This document shows, piece after piece, positions 38,106 through 47,599 of a stretch of DNA of 64,000 bases. Made by a program: the position numbers and the translations under genes. Positions within the stretch are counted from its first letter, which is position 1. Each line of letters opens with the position of its first letter. The notes beneath the pieces are model-generated. The model was not told the DNA's origin. It saw nothing but the letters and a program-made list of their open reading frames with translations, and did no database searches. The DNA lies in contig CAVYBU010000004.1 of the NCBI GenBank assembly GCA_963766735.1, positions 240,175-304,174 of the forward strand, given 5' to 3'. The DNA is from an uncultured Chloroflexia bacterium (GTDB lineage Bacteria; Chloroflexota; Limnocylindria; Limnocylindrales; CSP1-4).

Positions 38106-39951
38106 ATGCAGCTGCTTCTCGTCCTGCTTGTCGGAGGCCTGGGCGCCGCGGTCTCCGGCTGGGGCCTGGCTCGTGGCGGGCGCGCGGCGCGCGGTGGTGC
38201 CGTCGCCGGTGCGCTCGCGCTCCTCCTGCTGCTGATCCTCGTGCTGACCCTGGACACGCCCGCAGTGTCCACGCTCACGAACGTCGACTCCAGGCAGGAT
38301 GCAGTCGGGACCGGAGGACTGTTCGACGGTCGGCTGGTCCCCAACGCCTACCTTCGGCTGACGATCGGGCTGTGGACGCTGGACGCTGTCCTGCTCGCGT
38401 TCATCGCCTGGCTGATGAGCGGGCCGGCGAAGCTCCGCGGCGTGCTTCCCGCCACCCTCGCCGCACTGACGGGTGGGGTCATCGTGCTCGCGTCAGCCGA
38501 CCTCGCGCTCGGGGCAGCGGCAGCTGCGGCCACCGGGCTGGTGGCGCTGGTGGCCGTCCCGCCGGCACGGGGCACCAGCACCGTCGCGGCGGCGGCGCGA
38601 GAGCTGCGTCTCACGCTGGTCGTGGCAGCCGTGCTGCTCACCGTGGTCGCCGTTTCACCGCTGAACGCCGCGCTCGCGTTGGGTGCCTCGATCGCAGGCA
38701 CCGATCCGGCGGTCGTGGCCGGGGCGGGCGCGGTCCTCGGCCTGGGAGCACTGGCGGTTGCACTTGCGGTTGGCGCCCGACTCGGCGCGATCCCGTTCCA
38801 CGTCCGCTTCTCCCGGATCGCGGACGTTGCCTCGCCGATCGACCTCGCGCTGCTGCTCGCCTGGCTGGCGGTGCCGGTCGGGGTCGCTGGCCTGGCTATC
38901 GTGGACGGCCAGATCGCACCGCTCGCGCTGCCGTTCGAGGGATACCGCCTGATCCTCATCGCGGTCGCGCTGGCCACGCTGGTCGCCGCGGCCCTCGCCG
39001 CGTACATCCAGGATGATCTCCGTCACGCGCTGGGCTACCTCATCATCGCCGACGGCGGTCTCGTCCTGCTCGGCTTTGCGGCGCTCGACCCGGCCGCGTG
39101 GGGCCCGGCGCGGATCTGGCTGGTAGCGATGGCCGCCTCCAAGACGGCGCTGGTCGCGTGGTCGGCCGTCGCGGAAGACCGGTTCGGGACGCGCAGCATC
39201 CCGGACCTCCGGGGCTGGATCCGACGATCCCCGATCCTCACGGCGGGGCTGGCGGTCACGATCGTCGCGACGTACGGCATCCCCGGCTGGATTGCGTTCG
39301 ACGCACGGGGCACGCTGGCCCACCTCGCCGCGGAGGCACCATGGGACGCGCTGCTGGTCCTGGCCGGGTTTCCTGACCCTGCCGACCTACCTCCGGCTCC
39401 TGGTGCTGGGCACCGGCCCCGCGTCGAGCAGGGTTGACGGGGCGGCCCCGGAGCGGGTCGTGCGGCGACGAGGCGAGGGGGTCTCGCTGCTGAAGGAGAC
39501 GCTCGACGTCGAGGTCGAGGCTGGGGGCACGGTCCCGGCGGCCGGCAATTCGGTCGGGGCGGCCGGCAATTCGGTCGGGGCGGCCGGCAATTCGGTCGGG
39601 GCGGCCGGCAATTCGGTCGGGGCGGTCCTCAACGCGGAGACCGCTGCCGACGAGATCGCGCTGGAGCCTGCTGCCGACAAGGCCGAGCCTGAATCTGCCG
39701 GGGCGCGCCGCAGACCCGCCCGCGCCCGGTCACGGGTGGAGCTGACCGCGGCCGCTGCCGGCTGGCGTGACGCAGCCGCCCGCCGCGTCACGAGGTTGGG
39801 AGCCGCGCTCCAGCGGGACCGAACCGAGCTGCTGGCCGGCGCCGTGCTGGCCCTGGCGGTGCTCGCCGCATTGACGTCCTGGGGGGCGCTGGACATCGGA
39901 GGGGCGGCCTCGGAGCCGGCCCCGGTCGTCAGCGGGTACCAGGGCGACTGA
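38106..39951 (+). pseudogene. Degenerate proton-conducting membrane transporter (MrpD/NuoN/HyfB-like) with an apparent +1 frameshift near 39370
   Basis: RLGAIPFHV, QDDLRHALGY, IPDLRG and GIPGWIAF motifs; at GGG-TTT-CCT the TM reading continues as FLTLPTYLRLL in the +1 frame. Could be an assembly error. Confidence 0.55.
39538..39621 (+). repeat. Perfect tandem repeat, 4 x 21 bp GCGGCCGGCAATTCGGTCGGG (AAGNSVG)
   Basis: Four identical units read directly, followed by a partial GCGG. Confidence 0.95.
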
Positions 39952-39952
39952 C

Positions 39953-39971
39953 GCCGCCCCCACGGGGCGGC
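39953..39971. terminator. GC hairpin between convergent genes
   Basis: GCCGCCCC-CAC-GGGGCGGC; no U-tract. Confidence 0.45.
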
Positions 39972-39978
39972 TGCGGGT

Positions 39979-40446
39979 CTACTCCGCCGGCGCCAGGACC
40001 CAGCGATCGACCTCGCGCTCATAGTCCAGCAGCTCGCCCGGATGGAACCACAGGGCCAGCTCGGCCGCCGCGTTCTCCGGGCTGTCCGACGCATGGACCA
40101 GGTTCTGGGCGGTCTCGACGGCGAAGTCGCCGCGGATGGAGCCGGGGGCCGCCTCGTGGGGGCGGGTGGCGCCGTTCATCGCGCGGACGATCGCGATCGC
40201 GTTCGGTCCCTCGAGGGCGGCTGCCACGAGCGGGCCCGAGGTGATGAACTCCACGAGGCCCGTGAAGAACGGCTTGTCGCTGTGCACCGCGTAGTGCTGC
40301 TCGGCAAGGGCCCGATCCACGTGGACCAGCTTGAGGCCGACCAGCTTGAGGCCCCTCTCCTCGAACCGCGTGAGGACCCGCCCCACGAGCTGGCGCTGGA
40401 CGCCGTCCGGCTTGACGAGGAGGAGGGTGCGCTGCGGTTCCGCCAT
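39979..40446 (-). CDS. ndk: Nucleoside diphosphate kinase
   Basis: VKPDGVQR, HYAVHSDKPFF, PGSIRGDF and NLVHASDS motifs. Confidence 0.97.
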   Translation of the reverse strand: MAEPQRTLLLVKPDGVQRQLVGRVLTRFEERGLKLVGLKLVHVDRALAEQHYAVHSDKPFFTGLVEFITSGPLVAAALEGPNAIAIVRAMNGATRPHEAAPGSIRGDFAVETAQNLVHASDSPENAAAELALWFHPGELLDYEREVDRWVLAPAE

Positions 40447-40621
40447 GAGATTTCGGCCTCTCGTGTCGTGCGCGACGCCGGGACACCGGGTCGCTGGGCT
40501 GGCTGGTTGCCGTCGCCGCTTGCCGGACGCCCTGGGACGGGCATCGCGGGAGGCGACGCGGGTCCAAAGGGTAGCGCGAGGGACGAAGGTGGGGGCGTCG
40601 TCCAGGCGACGGCGAACCTGG

Positions 40622-41599
40622 TCAGCCCCGGCCGCGGGCCAGCTCGAAGGCGTCGGCCGCCTCCGCCTCGCGACCCAGCAGCCGCAAGGCGTCCCCTGCC
40701 ACGAGAGCCAGCGCCGGATCCCGCTCCCACGCGCCCACCGCCTCCAGCACACCCTCGGCGAACCCGGGGTCCAGGCGCAGCGCGACGCCCAGTCGCAGGG
40801 CCGCTCCGCCCACATCGCCCCCGGCAAGGGCGGCGCGACCCCCGGCGTACGCCTCCGCCGCGGCCGTCGCGGCCGGCGTGCCGAGGTCATCGGCCGTCGC
40901 AGCGCGTCGCGCGCGCTCGCCGCGCTGGTGCTCCTCGCCGCGCCCGTGATCGACACGAGTCACGGACATCCCTCCACCGGAGAGCGCTGCGGGACCAGCA
41001 GCCTCCGCGGCGGCGGGCGTCGGCACGTCCTCCGGCCAGATCAGGCTGCGTGGCATCCCCGCGAACACCGCGTCCAGCGGACCGTCGGACAGGGCGAGCG
41101 CACGGGTGGCCAACCGCCGAGCCTCCCCGGGGCGTCCCTGGGCGGCGACGAATTCGGCCGCGATCAGCAGGGCGAACGCTCCGTCGCTGCCACGGGCGAG
41201 GAGCGCCGTCGCGGCCTCGTTCGCACCCGCGAGATCGCCCGTCCGCCACCGGGCCTCTGCCAGGTCCACCAGGGCCTCCTCGTCGAGAGCGTCCCTCCCG
41301 GCCAGGGCCTCGAGCTCCGCGCGGGCGAGCTGCAGCTGGCCCATGCGCAGGTGCAGGTGGGCGATGTCCAGCGGGGCCCGGCGGGCCGTGTTCGACCCCG
41401 AGCCCGATGGCAATCCCACTGCACCCAGGGACGACCCAGGGGAGTCAGGGGACGCGGCCGGGCGGGCGTCTGATCCTCGACCGGCTCGCCGCGTGCGCCG
41501 CGGCGGTTTGCGCTCCGATGCCGGCGGTTTGCCGGCGTCGGCCGGTCCGGAGACCTCCGTGACCGGCTCCTCGGCCGGCCGGCCCGTCGGGTCCGTCAT
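40622..41599 (-). CDS. Hypothetical TPR-like helical repeat protein
   Basis: Ala/Leu helical repeats (AHLHLRMGQLQLARAELE, GDALRLLGREAEAADAF); overlaps the peptidase stop. Confidence 0.6.
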   Translation of the reverse strand: MTDPTGRPAEEPVTEVSGPADAGKPPASERKPPRRTRRAGRGSDARPAASPDSPGSSLGAVGLPSGSGSNTARRAPLDIAHLHLRMGQLQLARAELEALAGRDALDEEALVDLAEARWRTGDLAGANEAATALLARGSDGAFALLIAAEFVAAQGRPGEARRLATRALALSDGPLDAVFAGMPRSLIWPEDVPTPAAAEAAGPAALSGGGMSVTRVDHGRGEEHQRGERARRAATADDLGTPAATAAAEAYAGGRAALAGGDVGGAALRLGVALRLDPGFAEGVLEAVGAWERDPALALVAGDALRLLGREAEAADAFELARGRG

Positions 41600-42864
41600 C
41601 GCGGAAGTCGGAGGTGCGTGTCCAGGCCGCGCAGGTACCTGGCCGGAGCGACTGCCGCCATCCGCAGGCCCTCGTCACGGAACAGCTGGCCGGCCAGGCG
41701 GGTGACCTCCGCGCCGTCCACGGCCTCGACCGCCTCCAGTGCCTCGTCCAGCGTGAGGACGCGATCGTGGAGGGCCTCCTGGCCGCCGACCCACGATGCC
41801 AGGTGCCGGGTGTCATCCATGCGCAGCTCCAGGCCACCGGACAGGTACGCCTTCGCCTTCGCCAGCTCCCCCGGGGGCACGGGCTCGTCGGTCAGACGCG
41901 TCAGCTCCTCCAGGATGGCCTCGATCGCCGCCGGCAGCTTCACCGGGTCCACGCCGGCCGAGATCTCGACCGCCCCGGCGTCCGCGTATTCCACGATCCC
42001 GGAGCTCACGTCGTAGGCGAGGCCCTTCTCCTCGCGCACGCCGAGGAAGAGCCGGCTGGACATGCCGTCGCCCAGGAGCGCGTTGAGGACCGCCAGGTTC
42101 CAGGAATCCGGATGGTCGCGCCGGAGCCCCGGCAGCGCGATCGCCAGCGATGCCTGCGAGGTGTCCCGCTTGCCGGGCAGGAACCGGGCGCCGGCGGGGA
42201 GCGAAGGCGCCGGGGCGAACGCAGGGAACGAGCCGTCCCCCGACCCGAAGGCCGCCGCGGCGAGCTCGACCGCCTCGGCGTGATCGAGGTCTCCGGCCAC
42301 CGCCACCACCGTGTTCGCCGGCCGGTAGGTCGTCCGCCAGAAGTCGTGGATGGCCTGGGCAGGGAGTGCGCGGATCCCGTCCTCGTCACCGCAGATCTCC
42401 CGGCCAAGCGGTCCGTCGCCGAACATCGCCTGCTGGATCAGGATCTGCGCGTACTCGGATGGGTCGTCCAGGTAGGAGCGGATCTCCTCCACGATGACCG
42501 TCCGCTCCTGGTCGATATCCGCATCCGAGAGCCGCGGCCGGATGACCAGCTCGCCGATCACGCCCATCGCCGTGGCGGCAACCCGCCGGGGGACGCGAAC
42601 CCAGTACACGGTCGACTCGCGGTCCGTGGCGGCGTTCGCGGAGCCGCCGACACCCTCGACAGCCTCCGAGATGGCGCGGGAGGACGGGTAGCGGGCCGTC
42701 CCCTTGAACGTGAGGTGCTCCATGAAGTGGGCGACCCCGGCCTCGCCGGCGGACTCCAGGCGGGAGCCGGCCAGGACGTAGGCGGCGATCGAGACCGATC
42801 GGGAGCCCGAAAGACTGGCGGAGATGACGCGCGGTCCCTCGGGAAGCTGGGTCCGGTGGAACAT
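41596..42864 (-). CDS. M16 family zinc peptidase (pitrilysin/YmfH-like)
   Basis: AHFMEHLTFKGT inverted HxxEH motif, GMSSRLF..VREEKGLAY; TACCAT -10 lies 7 nt before the ATG. Confidence 0.92.
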   Translation of the reverse strand: MFHRTQLPEGPRVISASLSGSRSVSIAAYVLAGSRLESAGEAGVAHFMEHLTFKGTARYPSSRAISEAVEGVGGSANAATDRESTVYWVRVPRRVAATAMGVIGELVIRPRLSDADIDQERTVIVEEIRSYLDDPSEYAQILIQQAMFGDGPLGREICGDEDGIRALPAQAIHDFWRTTYRPANTVVAVAGDLDHAEAVELAAAAFGSGDGSFPAFAPAPSLPAGARFLPGKRDTSQASLAIALPGLRRDHPDSWNLAVLNALLGDGMSSRLFLGVREEKGLAYDVSSGIVEYADAGAVEISAGVDPVKLPAAIEAILEELTRLTDEPVPPGELAKAKAYLSGGLELRMDDTRHLASWVGGQEALHDRVLTLDEALEAVEAVDGAEVTRLAGQLFRDEGLRMAAVAPARYLRGLDTHLRLPR

Positions 42865-42989
42865 CTCATCGATGGTAGCCCGGAAACAGCGGGACCGGCG
42901 GCCCAGGGCCTGCCGGTCCGGGCGTCGCGTGGAGGATGCCGGGTCAGGCGGCCGGAGCCGTCCCGAACGCATGTTGGGCCCCGCGCGCG

Positions 42990-43421
42990 CTACTCCTCGG
43001 CCCCCTCGAGTCCGAGCAGCTCCATCTGGACGAACCCGCCGGTGTCGAACGCGAGCTGGCGCGGGACCGACGGGCCCTCGTTCGCATCGAGGGCGCCGGG
43101 CACGAACTCGATCACGACCCGCTCGTCGCCCTGGACGAGCGTGTAGACGAGGAGCTGGTCGGGTCGGGTCTCGAACTCGAGATGCTCGAAGGAGTCCACG
43201 TTGATGGTGATGGCGATCGGCGTGAAGTACGTCGACATGTCGGGCTCGTCGGCAACGATCCGCTCCACCCAGCCGGTCCCGTGCGAGACCACGTCCCGTC
43301 CCCGCACGAGGCGGTACGAGATGGTCTGCTTGAGGATCGGGCTCAGGAGGTGCTGGATATCGGCCCGGCTGGTGACCAGGCCCTGGTTGACGAAGAACTT
43401 GGCCGGAGGATTGTTCGCCAC
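42990..43421 (-). CDS. Hypothetical protein, 143 aa, acidic and beta-rich
   Basis: Coding-like ORF with strong GC3 bias; GAGGTG RBS before GTG 43421; family not recognised. Confidence 0.7.
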   Translation of the reverse strand: MANNPPAKFFVNQGLVTSRADIQHLLSPILKQTISYRLVRGRDVVSHGTGWVERIVADEPDMSTYFTPIAITINVDSFEHLEFETRPDQLLVYTLVQGDERVVIEFVPGALDANEGPSVPRQLAFDTGGFVQMELLGLEGAEE

Positions 43422-43600
43422 GATGGGCTCCCACCTCAATGGCTCGGGGGCGCTGGAGCGGCTCGCCGTGCCGCCACTCACAGGCCGGCCCGACGAGTAT
43501 CGATCGTAGCCCAGCGGACGGGTTGCGGGTGGGTGGCCTTCGCAGGTCCCGGGGCTGCGAATCTCGCGGGTCGGGTTCGGCCACGCCTTATCATCAACGC

Positions 43601-44410
43601 ATGCTGCTCGCGGTCGACATCGGGAACACCAACATCACCCTCGGCCTCGTGGACGGCGGCACCCTCGCCACCATCCGCCGAACCGGCACGCTCAGGGCGT
43701 CCACCTCGGACGAGATGGAGCTCCTCCTGGTCGGCATCCTTGGCCTCGATGGCCGCCTTCTGGACGCCGTCACGATCATCGCCGTCGCCTCGGTCGTACC
43801 CGCCCAGACCGCGATGCTGGAGAGCGTCGCCGCCCGCCGTGGCATCGGCCTGCTGGTGGCGACCGCCGGCACTGTCCCGCTCGCCATCCGCGTGGACCGC
43901 CCGGGCGAGGTGGGACCGGACCGGCTGGTCAATGCCCTGGCCGCCCAGCGGCTGCACGGCACGCCCGCCGTCGTGGTCGACTTCGGGACCGCAACGACGT
44001 TCGACTGCGTGGGACCTGACGGCGCCTACGTCGGGGGCGCCATCGCTCCCGGCCTTGAGCTGGGCCTCGAAGCGCTCGCGGCCCGCACCGCCAAGCTGCC
44101 GAGGATCGAGCTGCGCACCCCTGAGCGGGCGATCGGCCGCGATACCGTGAGCGCGATGCAGTCCGGCACCATCTTCGGCTACCAGGCCCTGGCGACGGGG
44201 CTCCTCGCCCGCGTCCGCGGAGAGCTGGCCGAGCAGGCCGGCGTCGCCCCGGAGGACGTCCGCACGATCCTCACCGGTGGCCTGTCCGCCGCCCCCTGGG
44301 CCCGAGCGATCGAGGGCGTGGACGTGATCGATCCTGACCTCACCCTCAAGGGCCTCGCGATCCTCCACGCCGAGGTCGCGGGTGGCGAGCCGCTGGACGG
44401 CACCCGATGA
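43601..44410 (+). CDS. coaX: Type III pantothenate kinase
   Basis: LLAVDIGNTN, VGPDR, VVDFGTATTFD, GGAIAPG and LTGG motifs. Confidence 0.96.
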   Translation: MLLAVDIGNTNITLGLVDGGTLATIRRTGTLRASTSDEMELLLVGILGLDGRLLDAVTIIAVASVVPAQTAMLESVAARRGIGLLVATAGTVPLAIRVDRPGEVGPDRLVNALAAQRLHGTPAVVVDFGTATTFDCVGPDGAYVGGAIAPGLELGLEALAARTAKLPRIELRTPERAIGRDTVSAMQSGTIFGYQALATGLLARVRGELAEQAGVAPEDVRTILTGGLSAAPWARAIEGVDVIDPDLTLKGLAILHAEVAGGEPLDGTR

Positions 44411-45732
44411 GCGGCCGCCTCGAGGGCCGGCTGATCGGCGTCGGCGTGTGCGGCTCCATCGCGGCCTACAAGTCGGTCGAGCTCGTCCGCCTCCTCCGCG
44501 CCGAGGGCGCCGAGGTCGTGGTCATGCTCACGCCGGCCGCCGCGGCGTTCGTCGGGCCGCTCACCTTCGAGGCGCTGTCCGGCCACGCGGTTGAGACAGA
44601 CGTCCTGGGCCTGCTCCCGGACCGGCGTATCGGCCACATCGTGGTGGCGGACACGGCCGACGCGCTGGTGATCGCCCCGGCGACGGCACGCTGGCTGGGC
44701 GCGATGGCGAACGGGATCGCGAGCGACACGATCACCGCCGCCTGCCTCGCCAGCGCCGCGCCCGTCGTGGTCGCGCCGGCGATGGACGGCGACATGTGGA
44801 CCCACCGCGCGACGCGCGACAACGTCGAGCGCCTGCAGCGGGACTTCGGCTACGCGCTGGTGCCGCCCGAGATCGGCTCGCTCGCGTCCGGGCAGTCCGG
44901 CATCGGGCGCCTGGCAGACCCCGCACGGATCGTGGATGCCGTGGCCGCCATCGTCGCGGATCGGCCGATCCGCCAGCCCGACGCCGCCGTGCGTCCGCCG
45001 CGGACCATGCCCGTCCACGAGCCGGACCTCGAGGGACGCCACGTCGTGGTGAGTGCCGGCGGAACCGTGGAGGCCATCGATCCCGTCCGGTTCATCGGCA
45101 ATCGCAGCACCGGCAGGATGGGCATCGCGATCGCGGAGGCAGCCCTTGCCCGCGGCGCGCGTGTCACGATCGTGGCCGGGCGCGTGGAGGTCCCGTTCCC
45201 CTCCACCGCGGAGGTCATCCGCGCCGAATCCACGGCCGCCATGCGCCAGGCCGTGCTCGACGCCGTGTTCGAGGGGCGCGCGGACGTCCTCGTCATGGCC
45301 GCCGCCGTCGCCGACTTCCGGCCGCGGCGTGCCGCCGACGCCAAGCTCCCGCGCGATGGGTCCCTCACCCTGGAGCTGGAGCCCACCGAGGACATCCTCG
45401 CGGAGGTCGGTGTCCGCGCGAAGGACACTGTCCCCCGCCCCTTCATCGTCGGGTTCGCGGCCGAGACGGGTTCGCTGGAGCGGGCGCCCGCCAAGCTCCG
45501 CCGCAAGGGCGCGGACCTGCTTGTCGCCAACGACGTCTCGGAGGCTGGGTCGGGCTTCGGGACCGACACCAACCGCGTCTCGATCCTGGCCTCCGACGGC
45601 TCGCGGGACGATCTCCCGCTGCTGGCCAAGCGCGAGGTCGCCCACCGCCTCCTCGACCGCGTGGCGGCCGCGCTGGACGAACGGGACGGCCGGTCCCACA
45701 CTGGCGCGACCAGAACGGAGACCAACCAATGA
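44407..45732 (+). CDS. coaBC: Phosphopantothenoylcysteine decarboxylase/ligase
   Basis: GSIAAYK, APAT, APAM, IDPVRFIGNRSTG, AAAVADF, GFAAET and LVANDV motifs. Confidence 0.96.
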   Translation: MSGRLEGRLIGVGVCGSIAAYKSVELVRLLRAEGAEVVVMLTPAAAAFVGPLTFEALSGHAVETDVLGLLPDRRIGHIVVADTADALVIAPATARWLGAMANGIASDTITAACLASAAPVVVAPAMDGDMWTHRATRDNVERLQRDFGYALVPPEIGSLASGQSGIGRLADPARIVDAVAAIVADRPIRQPDAAVRPPRTMPVHEPDLEGRHVVVSAGGTVEAIDPVRFIGNRSTGRMGIAIAEAALARGARVTIVAGRVEVPFPSTAEVIRAESTAAMRQAVLDAVFEGRADVLVMAAAVADFRPRRAADAKLPRDGSLTLELEPTEDILAEVGVRAKDTVPRPFIVGFAAETGSLERAPAKLRRKGADLLVANDVSEAGSGFGTDTNRVSILASDGSRDDLPLLAKREVAHRLLDRVAAALDERDGRSHTGATRTETNQ

Positions 45733-46643
45733 GCGTCCAGAACGACTCCGTCCGCCGCCTCTCGGTCGTGGACATCGGCAGGCTCTACGCCGACGGCGTC
45801 CGCATCGCGACCATCACCGCCTACGACTACCCGACGGCGGCGCTCGTGGACGAGGCGGGCATCCCGCTGATCCTCGTCGGCGACTCGCTGGCGCAGGTCA
45901 TCCTCGGCTACGACACGACCGTGCGGGTCTCGATGGAGGAGATGATCCACCACACCAAGGCGGTGGTCCGGGGCACGGCGCGCGCGCTCATCGTCGCCGA
46001 CATGCCGTTCCTCTCCTACTCGAACGCCGAGGACGCCCTTGCCAACGCCGGGCGCTTCCTGCGCGAGGCAGGCGCCCAGGCGGTCAAGATCGAGGGCGGC
46101 GTGCGGAGCGCACGCACGATCGAGGCGCTGGTCAGGGCCGGGATCCCCGTGATGGGCCACATCGGCCTCACCCCGCAGGCGATCAACACGCTCGGCCGGG
46201 TCCGCGTCCAGGGCAAGTCCAGGGCCCAGGCCCGTTCCCTCCTTGCCGACGCCCTCGCCGTCCAGGAGGCCGGCGCCTTCGCCGTCGTCCTGGAGCTGGT
46301 CCCCGGGCAGCTGGCCCAGGCCATCACGGACCGGCTGCACATCCCCACGATCGGGATCGGTGCGGGTGCGGGTTGCTCCGGCCAGATCCAGGTGATCAAC
46401 GACACGCTGGGCTGGGGTGCATGGGTCCCGAAGCACGCCCGCAAGTACGCGGACCTGCGCATGACGATCCTGGACGCCGTGGCGCAGTACCGCGCGGACG
46501 TCGAGGCCGGCACGTTCCCGGGCGAGGACGAGACCGTGCTGATGGACCCGGCGGTCCTGGACGAGGTGCTGGGCCGGTCCGGCGCGGATCGCGCGGACCC
46601 GGCCTCGGATCTGGCGGGCATCCCGCTGGATCGCGACCTCTAG
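45729..46643 (+). CDS. panB: 3-methyl-2-oxobutanoate hydroxymethyltransferase
   Basis: TAYD, ILVGDSL, ADMPFLSY, VKIEGG, MGHIGLTPQ and TIGIGAG motifs. Confidence 0.96.
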   Translation: MSVQNDSVRRLSVVDIGRLYADGVRIATITAYDYPTAALVDEAGIPLILVGDSLAQVILGYDTTVRVSMEEMIHHTKAVVRGTARALIVADMPFLSYSNAEDALANAGRFLREAGAQAVKIEGGVRSARTIEALVRAGIPVMGHIGLTPQAINTLGRVRVQGKSRAQARSLLADALAVQEAGAFAVVLELVPGQLAQAITDRLHIPTIGIGAGAGCSGQIQVINDTLGWGAWVPKHARKYADLRMTILDAVAQYRADVEAGTFPGEDETVLMDPAVLDEVLGRSGADRADPASDLAGIPLDRDL

Positions 46644-46687
46644 CCGTCCTGCTTCACGGCCGGCCGCCTCCCACTCGCCCACCCCTG

Positions 46688-47521
46688 ATGCACGTCGTCC
46701 GGACCCGCGCCGACCTGCGGGCAGCCCTCGCGTCGTCGCGGCGGCCGGTCGGGCTGGTCCCCACCATGGGCTGGCTGCACGCGGGGCACGTGTCGCTGAT
46801 CGAACGGGCGCGTGCCGAGAACGCGACCGTGGTGGTGTCGATCTTCGTCAACCCGCGCCAGTTCGGCCAGGTCGCCGACTTCGCACGGTACCCGCGCAAC
46901 GAGACACGGGACATCGAGGCCTGCGAGCGTGCCGGCGTGGACCTGGTGTTCGCCCCGACCGTGGACGAGGTCTACCCCACCGGCTTCGACACCCGCGTGT
47001 CCGTCGGCGCCATCGCGGACCCGCTGGAGGGTGCGGCGCGGCCGGGTCACTTCGACGGCGTGGCGACGGTGGTGGCGATCCTGTTCGCGCTGGTCGCTGC
47101 GGAGCGCGCCTACTTCGGCCTCAAGGACTACCAGCAGGTGCAGGTGATCCGGCGCATGGCCCTGGACCTCGCGCTGCCCACGGAGGTGGTCGCCTGCGAA
47201 ACGCTCCGCGAGCCGGACGGGCTGGCGATGTCGTCACGCAACGCACGGCTCTCGCCGGCGGGGCGGGCGGCGGCTTCCGTGCTCCGGCGGGCGCTCGTGG
47301 CGGGGGCCGCGGCAGTCCGGGATGGGACGCGGGAGGCCGATGCCATCCGCGCGGCGATGCTGGCCGTGCTGGCGACGGAGCCGATGGCGACCCCGGACTA
47401 CGTGTCGGTCGCGGACCCGGACACGCTCATCGAGCTGGAGGCGGCGGCCGGCCGTGCGCTGCTGTCGCTCGCGGTTGAGATCGAGGGCGTCCGCCTCATC
47501 GACAACACGCAGGTCGGGTAG
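46688..47521 (+). CDS. panC: Pantoate--beta-alanine ligase
   Basis: VPTMGWLHAGH, SIFVNPRQF, RPGHFDGV, FGLKDYQQ, GLAMSSRN and RLIDN motifs. Confidence 0.96.
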   Translation: MHVVRTRADLRAALASSRRPVGLVPTMGWLHAGHVSLIERARAENATVVVSIFVNPRQFGQVADFARYPRNETRDIEACERAGVDLVFAPTVDEVYPTGFDTRVSVGAIADPLEGAARPGHFDGVATVVAILFALVAAERAYFGLKDYQQVQVIRRMALDLALPTEVVACETLREPDGLAMSSRNARLSPAGRAAASVLRRALVAGAAAVRDGTREADAIRAAMLAVLATEPMATPDYVSVADPDTLIELEAAAGRALLSLAVEIEGVRLIDNTQVG

Positions 47522-47599
47522 GGCCAGAAGCAGCGTCGCGTCCAGGTTTCGGGCCTGGCAGGTCCGGGCCGGCGCGCCGGCGGTTCGCCGTCCGCGCGG

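Noticed and set aside
39538-39621. Possible mini-CRISPR array
   Set aside because: The repeats are contiguous with no spacers, lie in a coding frame, and no cas genes are present
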